A stretch of 60,873 nucleotides of DNA, counting the filler. It is 6 parts of 6 records of this genome, joined end to end, with 100 filler letters (N's around TTAATTAATTAA, not from the genome) between each part and the next. Parts side by side here need not be neighbours in the genome. Positions count along the whole stretch, not along the records: positions 24,502 to 47,125 come from SRR31156797_5574; positions 47,226 to 55,408 come from SRR31156797_5577; 4 more parts are not named here. One strand, given 5' to 3'. How positions within the stretch are numbered: the stretch's first letter is position 1; the number at the start of each line of letters is the position of its first letter. The notes under the pieces were generated by a model. It was not told where the DNA came from. It saw nothing but the letters and a program-made list of their open reading frames with translations, and made no database searches. Positions 38,884 to 48,617 of the stretch are shown one piece after another. Position numbers and translations under genes: made by a program.

Positions 38884-41800
38884 ATGAGTGAAGGTATATT
38901 AAAAGCTTTAATACAACTATTTGCTTTAATAGCCTTTCCTCATAAGGATAACGAATCACGTAGAAAGATTGTAAAAAACTTTCTTGACCAACAGCTAAAC
39001 AGTCAGGTTGTTGACGAATACCTTAACCTATACGAATCCTACTATGAAGAGCATGTAGCCAAACTGGCTAAGCTTCAAAAGAGTGATATATCCCGCTCAA
39101 CACTCACCGCAAACTCTGTTAAGGCACTCCGAATTTCAAATGCCATTAATAAAGAATTAACGCATTATCAAAAGCTAATTGTAATAATTCAGCTTATTGA
39201 GTTCCTTAAATCTGGTGTTGAAATTAGTCACTTCGAAAAGGATTTTGTAAGTACCATTGCTGAAACATTTCATATTGAAAACAATGAGTACAGGCTAATG
39301 GAAGACTTTGTTATTCATGACCAATTCCCGGTTAAAGACAACAATGATATTCTATTAGTTAATAACAAAACACAAAATCAATTAACTGAAACCCGACATC
39401 TTTATTGGGAACATATTCAGGATGACCTTCAAATTTTAAGAATTAAATCAGGTAGTTTATATCTTCTTAAAATTAAAAACAACATTGAAATTAGCATGAA
39501 CGGGCAGCTGTTAAGCCCGGAACGAATTCATGTTTTAACACCAGGTTGTTCTATTCGTAATAAAAGAATTAAACCAATATATTATAGTGATATTGTTGGT
39601 AAGTATACAAGTGACAACATTTCTTCACCTATTACATTTCAAGCCCAAAAAGTATCATACAAGTTTAAAAACAAAAAGATAGGGGTTCAACCTTTAAGTT
39701 TTGTTAGTGAATCGGGTAGAATGGTTGGTATTATGGGAGCCAGCGGTGCAGGAAAAAGTACACTAACTAATATTCTGAGTGGAATATATAAACCCTATAA
39801 AGGTCAAGTCCTGATAAATGGGATCGATATTCATAAGAACCCTGATAAAACAGATGGGCTCATTGGATATGTATCACAAGATGACCTTCTGATGGAAAAT
39901 TTAACTGTTTTCCAAAACTTATATTACAATGCTAAATTGTGTTTTGGAGATCAGGATGACTTAAGTATAAGGGAAAGAGTACTGGAATTACTATCTTCTC
40001 TTGGACTAAGTGAGACCAAAGATATGAAAGTGGGTTCTCCATTAAATAAGAAAATAAGTGGAGGACAAAGAAAACGTTTAAACATTGCTCTGGAATTAAT
40101 CAGAGAACCTTCTGTTTTATTTTTAGACGAACCAACTTCAGGCTTATCTTCGAAAGATTCAGCTAACATTTTAGATTTGCTTAAAGAGCTAGCTCAAAAG
40201 GGTAAGTTAGTATTTGTTGTAATTCATCAACCTTCCAGCGATATTTTTAAAATGTTTAACCAACTACTAGTTCTGGATGATGGTGGTTATTTAATCTACG
40301 ACGGAGATCCTGTTGAAAGTATCAATTATTTTAAATCAAGTGTACAGCATGCTAATCGACAAGAAAGTGAGTGTAGTACCTGCGGTAATGTGAACCCTGA
40401 ACAGGTTCTTAATATAATAACTGCGCAAGTAATTGATGAATACGGTACTTTCACCCGAAATAGAAAAATTGAACCTAAAGATTGGTATAAAAGATTTAAA
40501 AAAGAGAATAAAGGTGAGAAAGAGAATTCTACAGCTCAAGAAAAACCTTTACCAATTATAAACTTTAAAGTACCTAATCGATTTAAACAATTTCTGGTAT
40601 TTCTACAAAGAGATGTTATTTCAAAACTAACAAATCGACAATATTTACTTATAAATCTTCTAGAAACACCTATTCTGGCCTTACTCCTTTCGTCCATTAT
40701 AAAATACTATAATGTAGATGCTGTAAATAACGAAGGCTATATTTTTCAGAATAATCCCAATGTGGTTGTTTATATAATCATGTCAGTAATAATTGCGCTA
40801 TTTGTAGGACTAACTGTTAGTGCTGAGGAAATTATTAGTGACAGAAAAATATTAAAAAGGGAAGAATTCTTAAACTTAAGCCGATTTAGTTATTTGATTT
40901 CAAAGGTATTTATATTACTTATATTATCTGCAATTCAAACACTTTTACTGGTTGTTATTGGTAATTCTATTATTGAAATAAAAGACATGTTTTTTGAATA
41001 CTGGCTTGTCTTGTTCAGCGTTTCTGTTTTTGCAAATTTATTAGGATTAAATATTTCAGATAGTTTAAAACATGCAGTCAATATATACATACTGATTCCA
41101 TTTTTGTTAATACCGCAAATCATCCTGTCAGGTGTGTTTATCAGTTACGATCATTTAAATCCAAAGTATTCTAAGCCTGATACAATCCCTTGGTATGGCG
41201 AAATAATTACTGCCCGATGGGCTTTTGAAGCCTTAACTGTACACCAGTTTAAAAACAATGCTTTCGAAAGTCAGTTTTATCTTTACGATAAAATAAAAAG
41301 CGAAGCACATTATAAAAAAGAATATTGGATCCCTGCCCTTGAATCCAAATCAGACTATTGTTTAAAGCAACTACAAAACAACAATCTAAGCGATAAATAT
41401 AAAAATGCACTGCTACTGATAAAAAAGGAGATTGCAGAAGAAAACTTAAACGGCCTTATTAAAGATCAAAATTTGTTTGATCTAGAAAAAATAAGTCCTG
41501 AATTCTTTAATGAAGAAGTATATAATACCCTAAAGGAATATTTAAAAACCAAGAAAAAGTCCTACCGTAAACTGTTTAATAATACAGACAACAGATTAGA
41601 CCAGAAGAAGAAAGAACTTACAAATAACGAGGAAGACAGAGCTAGTTTTATCCAACTAAAAAAAGATCATTATAACCTGGAGTTGGAAAGGTTTGTAAAA
41701 AACTCTAATAATATATTTTCAAATAAAATAATTGAGTACAAAGGAAAACTAGTTCAAAAAAACGATCCCATTTTTAGAGATCCGGAAAGTAAAGTATTAA

Positions 41801-41985
41801 AAGCACACTTCTTAAGTCCTTACAAAAGAATTAACAACACCTATATTGATACCATTTGGGCAAATACAATCATCATTTGGTTATTCAATATTTTGTTATT
41901 TCTTACCTTACAACTTGGTCTTCTTAAAAGATTCTTTTTTAATATAGGCGAATTATATATTCGTATAATTAAAAAAGAGCAATAA
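38884..41985 (+). CDS. ABCG-like fused ABC transporter (TerB-like N-domain + NBD + ABC-2 membrane domain)
   Basis: Walker A GASGAGKS, signature ISGGQRKR, Walker B LFLDEPTSGL, IHQP H-loop, then a multi-TM domain; ~250-aa N-terminal extension. Confidence 0.88.
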   Translation: MSEGILKALIQLFALIAFPHKDNESRRKIVKNFLDQQLNSQVVDEYLNLYESYYEEHVAKLAKLQKSDISRSTLTANSVKALRISNAINKELTHYQKLIVIIQLIEFLKSGVEISHFEKDFVSTIAETFHIENNEYRLMEDFVIHDQFPVKDNNDILLVNNKTQNQLTETRHLYWEHIQDDLQILRIKSGSLYLLKIKNNIEISMNGQLLSPERIHVLTPGCSIRNKRIKPIYYSDIVGKYTSDNISSPITFQAQKVSYKFKNKKIGVQPLSFVSESGRMVGIMGASGAGKSTLTNILSGIYKPYKGQVLINGIDIHKNPDKTDGLIGYVSQDDLLMENLTVFQNLYYNAKLCFGDQDDLSIRERVLELLSSLGLSETKDMKVGSPLNKKISGGQRKRLNIALELIREPSVLFLDEPTSGLSSKDSANILDLLKELAQKGKLVFVVIHQPSSDIFKMFNQLLVLDDGGYLIYDGDPVESINYFKSSVQHANRQESECSTCGNVNPEQVLNIITAQVIDEYGTFTRNRKIEPKDWYKRFKKENKGEKENSTAQEKPLPIINFKVPNRFKQFLVFLQRDVISKLTNRQYLLINLLETPILALLLSSIIKYYNVDAVNNEGYIFQNNPNVVVYIIMSVIIALFVGLTVSAEEIISDRKILKREEFLNLSRFSYLISKVFILLILSAIQTLLLVVIGNSIIEIKDMFFEYWLVLFSVSVFANLLGLNISDSLKHAVNIYILIPFLLIPQIILSGVFISYDHLNPKYSKPDTIPWYGEIITARWAFEALTVHQFKNNAFESQFYLYDKIKSEAHYKKEYWIPALESKSDYCLKQLQNNNLSDKYKNALLLIKKEIAEENLNGLIKDQNLFDLEKISPEFFNEEVYNTLKEYLKTKKKSYRKLFNNTDNRLDQKKKELTNNEEDRASFIQLKKDHYNLELERFVKNSNNIFSNKIIEYKGKLVQKNDPIFRDPESKVLKAHFLSPYKRINNTYIDTIWANTIIIWLFNILLFLTLQLGLLKRFFFNIGELYIRIIKKEQ

Positions 41986-42008
41986 GAAAATTCTTATCGC
42001 TCTTTTTT
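41971..42008. terminator. Bidirectional terminator overlapping the ABC stop codon
   Basis: AAAAAAGAGCAATAAGAA/TTCTTATCGCTCTTTTTT. Confidence 0.75.
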
Positions 42009-42031
42009 ATTTTATTAATCTAAGTTTCTTT

Positions 42032-42412
42032 TTATTCCTCCATTTCAATCATCTTAAACGGAATATTAATGATTGATTGATAATCCTCTCCTGCTTCAAA
42101 CATATCTTCATCATCCTCCTCGTAATACCAGTTTACTTCAACCTTCTTGCCCTTCTTAAACATCACTTCCAGTTTTTTGAAAATATCCAGAATGCATTTT
42201 GAAGAACTTGTATTAAAATATTCTAATTGAACATTAACTGCTGTTTCGGAAGATGTTGCCCCTCCGTATTCTTCCAACCAATCAATCAAAGGCTTATAAA
42301 ATTCTATTGAATTTTCAGGAATCGATCTTCCTTTAATTTCAATAATTCCTTTTTCTCCGTCAAATCTAACATATGGGGTTTTAGGTGTCCCTTCTCTAAC
42401 AATTGTTTCCAT
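42032..42412 (-). CDS. siaC: SiaC-family regulatory phosphoprotein (DUF1987)
   Basis: GRSIPEN and LEYFNTSSSK (phospho-Thr motif), plus WYYEEDDEDMFEAGE. Confidence 0.88.
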   Translation of the reverse strand: METIVREGTPKTPYVRFDGEKGIIEIKGRSIPENSIEFYKPLIDWLEEYGGATSSETAVNVQLEYFNTSSSKCILDIFKKLEVMFKKGKKVEVNWYYEEDDEDMFEAGEDYQSIINIPFKMIEMEE

Positions 42413-42429
42413 ATTGGTTATTATATGGT

Positions 42430-42978
42430 TTAACTAATATAAACGTCTAATGAAAAAAATATATGATGGTCATTATACTTATAAAAGTAATACTCCAACT
42501 TATTTCCTGTTTTTCTAACTATATCAAGCATTCCTAATCCACCGCCTCCTTTATCTGAAAACTCACCATTACTCATAATATCTAAATACAACATCCGTAT
42601 TTCCTTATCGGTTAATGAGTTTACCTGATCAATACGATCTTTGATAACACTAATTTTATTTTTATCCACAAAGTTTCCGGTTGATATTCTATAAAAAGAA
42701 TCATCTTTACTTAAAATAATAACACCGAAATTTTCTTGCTGACCAAGATCCAGATCAACAGGTGGCTTATCTACATGGTGATAGAGGTTTTGCAAACATT
42801 CTACAAAAACATTATATACTTTTTTTCGGATCTTATTCTTTTCATTTTTCAAATTAAGACTCTTTTCAATAGTATCTAATGCCTCCGTTATAAGGTCAGG
42901 AGTAATACTGCCGTTGAAGTTAAGAATAACTTCCCCTTCCAACTTTTCGTTATACCACTCCTTAATGTTAAATGCCAT
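42430..42978 (-). CDS. siaB: SiaB-family protein kinase (DUF6272)
   Basis: VECLQNLYHH and KGGGGLGMLDIVRK GHKL-like motifs; directly upstream of siaC. Confidence 0.85.
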   Translation of the reverse strand: MAFNIKEWYNEKLEGEVILNFNGSITPDLITEALDTIEKSLNLKNEKNKIRKKVYNVFVECLQNLYHHVDKPPVDLDLGQQENFGVIILSKDDSFYRISTGNFVDKNKISVIKDRIDQVNSLTDKEIRMLYLDIMSNGEFSDKGGGGLGMLDIVRKTGNKLEYYFYKYNDHHIFFSLDVYIS

Positions 42979-43115
42979 CGTATTATTTATAATGCTCAAC
43001 ACAAATATATAAATTTTGACTATTCCTCAAACGCATTCATTAGGCTAATTTCAGAATATTCAAAAATATTTACACTTTGATATATTATTTGGGTTAAAAT
43101 TATCAGTAATAGAAA

Positions 43116-44042
43116 TTATATACCACTTCCTTCTGAAAATAATACATCTCTAGGTTTAAACTGTACAATTTTTGATCCAGGAGGTGTGCTGTTGGTTACC
43201 CAAACGTTACCCCCGATTATAGAGCCTTTTCCAATTGTAATTCGACCCAGAATAGTAGCTTGAGAATAAATAACAACATCATCTTCAACAATTGGGTGAC
43301 GAGGAATTCCTTTGATAGGATTCCCATTTTCATCCAGCGGAAAGCTTTTGGCTCCCAAAGTAACTCCTTGAAATAGTTTTACATTTTTACCAATAATTGA
43401 TGTAGCTCCAATAACAACTCCTGTTCCATGATCAATAGTAAAATATTCGCCTATCTGAGCTTTAGGGTGAATATCAATTCCTGTTTCTGAATGAGCCATC
43501 TCTGATATCATTCTTGGAATCATTGGAACACCTAATTTACCCATGGCATGAGCTATTCTATAATTAGAAATTGCCCTGATTGCCGGATAACAGAAAATAA
43601 CTTCACCCTTACTTTTAGCTGCAGGGTCTCCTAAATATGCAGCCTCTACATCTGTAGATAAAATCCGGCGCAATTCGGGTAACTGAGCTATAAATTTTTG
43701 GGTAACATCAAAAGCATTTTCCTTATGTTTGCGAAGCGTTTCCGGATCACTATCATCACACTGAAAGCATAAACCTGCCAAGATTTGCTTATTCAACATA
43801 TCAAATAGTCGCTCAGTATTTACACCTATATAATAATGAATGCTTTCCGGTCTAACCGGAGAATCTCCAAAGTATCCCGGAAATAAAATTTCGCGCGTTA
43901 AGTTGACAATATCTGCCAGCTTTTTACCTGATGGCATTGGGTGGTCAAATACATGTCTGTGACATACAGCTTTGTATGAAGACTCGTTTGATAAGTTACT
44001 TATAGTTTCCTGTAGTATAGCAGGATATTTAAAAACAGTCAT
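43116..44042 (-). CDS. cysE: Serine O-acetyltransferase
   Basis: GDPAA, TGIDIHP, IDHGTGVVIG and RHP motifs with hexapeptide repeats. Confidence 0.93.
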   Translation of the reverse strand: MTVFKYPAILQETISNLSNESSYKAVCHRHVFDHPMPSGKKLADIVNLTREILFPGYFGDSPVRPESIHYYIGVNTERLFDMLNKQILAGLCFQCDDSDPETLRKHKENAFDVTQKFIAQLPELRRILSTDVEAAYLGDPAAKSKGEVIFCYPAIRAISNYRIAHAMGKLGVPMIPRMISEMAHSETGIDIHPKAQIGEYFTIDHGTGVVIGATSIIGKNVKLFQGVTLGAKSFPLDENGNPIKGIPRHPIVEDDVVIYSQATILGRITIGKGSIIGGNVWVTNSTPPGSKIVQFKPRDVLFSEGSGI

Positions 44043-44557
44043 ATAGTAAAATCTTTGAGTTTTAAATTAATAGCTTTTATTGCATTTTCAAAACGATCAT
44101 TCCCTTCTCCGATAATAACTGAATATGAAAACCCATAGTTTTTAAGCTCTTTTTCGTATTTATTGAATAACTCACCCCTAATATCTTTGTTTTCTCTTAC
44201 GCTATCCTCCTCCCAACTCAAATCATCTTTACACAATAAATAATGATCTACTGGTCTTTTTCCCAATTCACTTTCGAACCAATCCGGTAATCGATGATAC
44301 TTGTGAAGAAACCAGACCTTAGTAATTATCAAATATGTATCAAAAAAACAAAATCCCGATTGCTTATGCAAGCAATCGTACTCCCTAATTTGCTCCCTGG
44401 CTATCTTTTCTACATCACTAAAATCATAAGAACGATTTAATGTCTCAATGTAATTACGGGCATATTCAGGTACAAATACACCATTATAATAACGAGCTAA
44501 TTGCTTTGCAAGTGTTGACTTACCAACTGACTCTGGACCTGTAAGTACTATTTTCAT
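44039..44557 (-). CDS. NadR-like AAA_28 kinase (ribosylnicotinamide kinase-like)
   Basis: GPESVGKST P-loop, VPEYAR and FFDT motifs; coupled to pnuC. Confidence 0.85.
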   Translation of the reverse strand: MKIVLTGPESVGKSTLAKQLARYYNGVFVPEYARNYIETLNRSYDFSDVEKIAREQIREYDCLHKQSGFCFFDTYLIITKVWFLHKYHRLPDWFESELGKRPVDHYLLCKDDLSWEEDSVRENKDIRGELFNKYEKELKNYGFSYSVIIGEGNDRFENAIKAINLKLKDFTI

Positions 44558-45177
44558 TTTACAGTATTTAAAACTGTTTTTTGAATCTTAAAGTCTTTAA
44601 GCCACGATAAATAACCCCAAACTGCTATCACACTGTATATAAAAAACAATAAAGCCGTTATATGTAATCCTTTATAAATATACATTCCCATAGCTACAAG
44701 GTCAACGACTATCCAAACTAACCATTGCTCCATCATTTTTTTTGCCAACATCCAGGTTGCAACAAAACTTGCAGCGGTTGTAAAAGCATCCCAATAAGGC
44801 ATATCCGAAGAGGCTATATTCAATATTGGAGGAATTTTAATCAATAAAAATGCAAGTATCACATATAAAATAATAAATGATGCACTTAAATTGATAACCA
44901 AAGCTCTATTTACTATCCTAATTTTGGTTTTCTCTTTTGATTCTTCAATCTGCTTATGTCGCCACATTATCCAGCCAGCAATACTTACAACTAAATAATA
45001 TACCTGTAATACCATATCGGCATATAATTGCACATCAAAAAAAACAACCATGTAAAACACAGACGATAAAATCCCCATTGGCCATAGCCATATTTTCTGA
45101 TTTACCGAAAAATACAAATAAATAAGGGCTGAGACGAACCCAACCCACTCAGTCCATGATAATATAAATTCAGTCAT
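44554..45177 (-). CDS. pnuC: Nicotinamide riboside transporter PnuC
   Basis: Multi-TM; WLWP, PYWDAFTT and EQWLVWIVVD motifs. Confidence 0.9.
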   Translation of the reverse strand: MTEFILSWTEWVGFVSALIYLYFSVNQKIWLWPMGILSSVFYMVVFFDVQLYADMVLQVYYLVVSIAGWIMWRHKQIEESKEKTKIRIVNRALVINLSASFIILYVILAFLLIKIPPILNIASSDMPYWDAFTTAASFVATWMLAKKMMEQWLVWIVVDLVAMGMYIYKGLHITALLFFIYSVIAVWGYLSWLKDFKIQKTVLNTVK

Positions 45178-46775
45178 TATTTTAAATAGTTAGCATACGC
45201 TTTCTCGGAGGACAAAAGATCAATGGCTTTGTTATACACTTCAGTTGTTGGATTAATCATCTGAAAATACTCACTTGAAGTCCATAAATTTCGTGCAATC
45301 AATGCTTTTACCTGTGATTTAATCAAATCACTTGATAACTTTTTAAACTCCTTTACATCAGACTTAATTCCCGCCTTCTCTCCTTCTTTGATCAATCTAT
45401 CTATAAACTCATCTTTAAGAATGAATTTTTTACTGAATTGTTCGATACTGCAATATTCTTTTTGTAGAAATTCTCTATTCTTGTCCACATAGTTTAATAC
45501 CGAACTATTTAGTATTCCATATGCAATTAAATCTCTATAATAATCAGAATATCCAGTAGTATCAGCAGGAACAAACATATCTGGCATTATACCTCCTCCA
45601 CCATAAACGGTTCTTCCTATATTTTTAGTGAGAAATTTTTCCTTGGTATTTAAATGAATACTATCCTTATTCATAATTTCACCATGTTCATATCTGTTAT
45701 AAACCTCTTTATGATATTCTTCTATACCATTTTCATACGGTTTTTGAATACATCTTCCTGAGGGAGTATAATATTTGGCCACCGTTAACCTGATCATCGA
45801 CCCATCCTGTAAATTTAATGGTCGCTGTACTAAACCCTTACCAAAACTTCTTCTACCCAGAACAACACCTCTATCCCAATCTTGTATTGCCCCTGAAACA
45901 ATTTCACTTGCAGAAGCAGATCCTTCATTAATCAATACGACAACCTTGCCATCTTCAAATAATCCATTACTCGAAGATTCATATTCCTGGCGAGGATTGG
46001 TTAATCCCTCTGTATAAACAAGTAGCTTTTTTTCAGGTATAAATTCATCCGCAATATCAATTGCTGCTTTTAGATATCCTCCTGGATTTCCTCTTAAATC
46101 AAGAACTAAACTGCGCATACCTTCCGATTTCAGTTTCTTCAGCGCATCCTCAACCTCGCGGTGTGTAGTGGCAGAAAACTGATTGATTTTGATATAACCA
46201 ATTTCCGGAGTAGCCATATAAGTTGCTTCAACGCTATAGATTGGAATTTTATCACGCGTAACGGTAAATGAAATTAGATCCTTAACATTTCTGCGAAGAA
46301 TTTGTAACTCTACTTTAGTTCCCTTTTTCCCCTTTAGTTTCGAAAATACATCGGTATTCTTTAAACCAATACCGGCTACTTTTTCTCCATCAATTACCAA
46401 GATTCTATCTCCTGCCTGAATGCCCACTTTTTCAGAAGGACCGCCAGAAATTGGAGAAACCACCATTAAGGTATCTTTAAATATATTAAACTGAATCCCA
46501 ATTCCTTCAAAGCTTCCATCTAAAGGTTCATTTAATTTAGCTACCTCTTCTTTGCTAATATATTGAGAGTGTGGATCCAGCTCACTCAACATACCTACAA
46601 TAGCATCCTCAACTAATTTATTTTCGTTGATAGAGTCTACATAAAATGCTGAAATTAACTTATACGCATACTGAAGCTTATGCAAATCAGGACTAAAATT
46701 CTGACCTATAAGTTTCGGTGCGATATTGATGTTTAATAATATCAGGGCTATAATTATAATTTTCTTCTTCATCAT
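45177..46775 (-). CDS. S41 carboxy-terminal processing protease
   Basis: LDPHS, PDZ domain, LDLRGNPGG, SASASEI and SFGKG motifs. Confidence 0.94.
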   Translation of the reverse strand: MMKKKIIIIALILLNINIAPKLIGQNFSPDLHKLQYAYKLISAFYVDSINENKLVEDAIVGMLSELDPHSQYISKEEVAKLNEPLDGSFEGIGIQFNIFKDTLMVVSPISGGPSEKVGIQAGDRILVIDGEKVAGIGLKNTDVFSKLKGKKGTKVELQILRRNVKDLISFTVTRDKIPIYSVEATYMATPEIGYIKINQFSATTHREVEDALKKLKSEGMRSLVLDLRGNPGGYLKAAIDIADEFIPEKKLLVYTEGLTNPRQEYESSSNGLFEDGKVVVLINEGSASASEIVSGAIQDWDRGVVLGRRSFGKGLVQRPLNLQDGSMIRLTVAKYYTPSGRCIQKPYENGIEEYHKEVYNRYEHGEIMNKDSIHLNTKEKFLTKNIGRTVYGGGGIMPDMFVPADTTGYSDYYRDLIAYGILNSSVLNYVDKNREFLQKEYCSIEQFSKKFILKDEFIDRLIKEGEKAGIKSDVKEFKKLSSDLIKSQVKALIARNLWTSSEYFQMINPTTEVYNKAIDLLSSEKAYANYLK

Positions 46776-46947
46776 ATTCAGTCTATAATAATTTGATTAT
46801 TGAGTTTGGTTATATTCTGCTAACAAATAAATTATTGATCAACTATTTTTATTCAATAATTCAAGTTACAAAGTTCTTAATTCAACTCTTTATTAAAAAG
46901 TAAATTCAAAGATAGAAACTAAAGACAGACAGCTTACTTTTTTAACG

Positions 46948-46977
46948 AAAAAAGACCGGATTTGTTCCGGCCTTTTT
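46948..46977 (-). terminator. Intrinsic terminator after guaA
   Basis: AAAAAAGACCGGA/TCCGGCCTTTTT. Confidence 0.7.
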
Positions 46978-46983
46978 AATATC

Positions 46984-47125
46984 TTATTCCCACTCAATAG
47001 TTGCAGGTGGCTTAGAGCTTATATCATAAACCACTCTATTTACACCTTTAACTTTATTGATAATATCATTAGAAATTTTTGCAAGGAATTCATACGGTAA
47101 ATGTACCCAATCGGCAGTCATTCCA
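46984..47125 (-). CDS. guaA: GMP synthase, C-terminal fragment (not in ORF track)
   Basis: Manual translation [46 protein letters not shown]. Confidence 0.95.
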
Positions 47126-47225
47126 NNNNNNNNNNNNNNNNNNNNNNNNNNNNNNNNNNNNNNNNNNNNTTAATTAATTAANNNNNNNNNNNNNNNNNNN
47201 NNNNNNNNNNNNNNNNNNNNNNNNN
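47126..47225. other. Artificial contig spacer
   Basis: N44-TTAATTAATTAA-N44. Confidence 0.98.
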
Positions 47226-47525
47226 AATTCTAAACAAAAAGATTATTCAAAGTATAATTCTGTAGTTGATATTATTAAGACAGAATTTTCAAGTGTACAA
47301 TACATAAATGGAAAATTCGTTCTTAGAGGTCTTTCTTCTGTACAAGGATCTAGTGAAGTTGGTGTTGAAATTGATGGGTCTTTATCCAATTATAACGTAC
47401 TAAATTCAATATCAACAAATGATATCAAAAAAATAAGAATTGTTAAAGGTGGTGATGCCGCAATATACGGAATACGTGGAACGAATGGAATAATTTCAGT
47501 TACCACCTATTCTGGTAAATATTAG
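47226..47525 (+). CDS. C-terminal TonB-dependent-receptor plug domain protein, 5' truncated (not in ORF track)
   Basis: Manual translation ...VLRGLSS...IDG...ISTNDIKKIRIVKGGDAAIYGIRGTNGIISVTTYSGKY*. Confidence 0.8.
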   Translation, partial: NSKQKDYSKYNSVVDIIKTEFSSVQYINGKFVLRGLSSVQGSSEVGVEIDGSLSNYNVLNSISTNDIKKIRIVKGGDAAIYGIRGTNGIISVTTYSGKY

Positions 47526-47536
47526 AATGATACAAC

Positions 47537-47565
47537 AAGGCTGACTTTTCTATAAAGTTAGCCTT
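47537..47565 (+). terminator. Intrinsic terminator
   Basis: AAGGCTGACTTT/AAAGTTAGCCTT. Confidence 0.65.
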
Positions 47566-47837
47566 ATTTAATGAAAAACTCCTCCTAATTCCAATCATTC
47601 CATATCTATTACTAGTATTCAGATAAAACACTTATTGATGGCTTAAATTTCTTCGGTTATACAAATAATTCAACTTTAGAATAATTTCTATTCGCAGATG
47701 TTTTTCTCAGTTTATCAATATAGAATAACATTTCAACTAAAATTTAATTACTACTTCTGCGAACGGTAAAATACAAAAGCATATTTTTTGTATATTCGCA
47801 ATACACTATACCAAATTTTGCTAAACCTAATTTTAAG

Positions 47838-48617
47838 ATGCCTTACCGCCGATTACCAAATACCGATACAGCACGTGTGCGTGCTTTAAAAGCAGCATTA
47901 AGTATTAGCATGAGAGTCAATCGATTCGATTTGGCTTATTCCTATTCTTTATACCAGAGAATAGAAACCTTTTTACCTCACTATGAATTGGCAATTCGGA
48001 ATCATCGTCAGGCTTTGAGTCAGCAATCGAGCAGAAGTAAGGAGTACAACGAGAAGTTAAGAAAAGCTAGATTGTATGTTTCTCACTTTATTCAGGTATT
48101 GAATTTTTGTATTATTCGAGGAGAATTAAAACCTGAGGTAAGAGAATTTTATGGAATAAAGAAAAACTCTAAAGCAACACCATCCCTACTACAAGATACT
48201 AAGTTAATTGAATGGGGCGACAAATTAATAAAAGGCGAACAGGAAAGAACCCGTAATGGAGGAAATCCAATTTACAGCCCATCTATCGCTTTGGTTCGTG
48301 TGAACTGTGAGAATTTTAAACAAGCTTACAATTATCAAAAAACACTTCAGAATAATACCCATCGATTCTCTGAAAAAGTAGCCGAATATCGAACTGATGC
48401 GGATAAATTAATCCTAGAACTTTGGAACGAAGTAGAGAAAAAATTTGATGAATTTTCGGATGAAATCAAACGTGAAAAATGCTCGGACTATGGTATAGTT
48501 TACGTTTGGCGAAAAGGTGAACGAGAAAAATTAGAACAGCTTAAAAAAGCAGAGCAAGATACATTAAGCCTGCCGTTTACCAATTCGGTAGAAAGTATGC
48601 ATCAAAAACAAGACTAA
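47838..48617 (+). CDS. Hypothetical helical protein (MPYRRLPNTD N-terminus)
   Basis: 259-aa ORF with protein-like composition; recognised from memory as a Bacteroidales conserved hypothetical, function unknown. Confidence 0.75.
   Translation: MPYRRLPNTDTARVRALKAALSISMRVNRFDLAYSYSLYQRIETFLPHYELAIRNHRQALSQQSSRSKEYNEKLRKARLYVSHFIQVLNFCIIRGELKPEVREFYGIKKNSKATPSLLQDTKLIEWGDKLIKGEQERTRNGGNPIYSPSIALVRVNCENFKQAYNYQKTLQNNTHRFSEKVAEYRTDADKLILELWNEVEKKFDEFSDEIKREKCSDYGIVYVWRKGEREKLEQLKKAEQDTLSLPFTNSVESMHQKQD

Noticed and set aside
7591-42978. Functional link between the c-di-GMP riboswitch/pilus locus and siaBC or the MCPs
   Set aside because: They lie on different contigs from apparently different phyla; co-occurrence in this window is an artefact.
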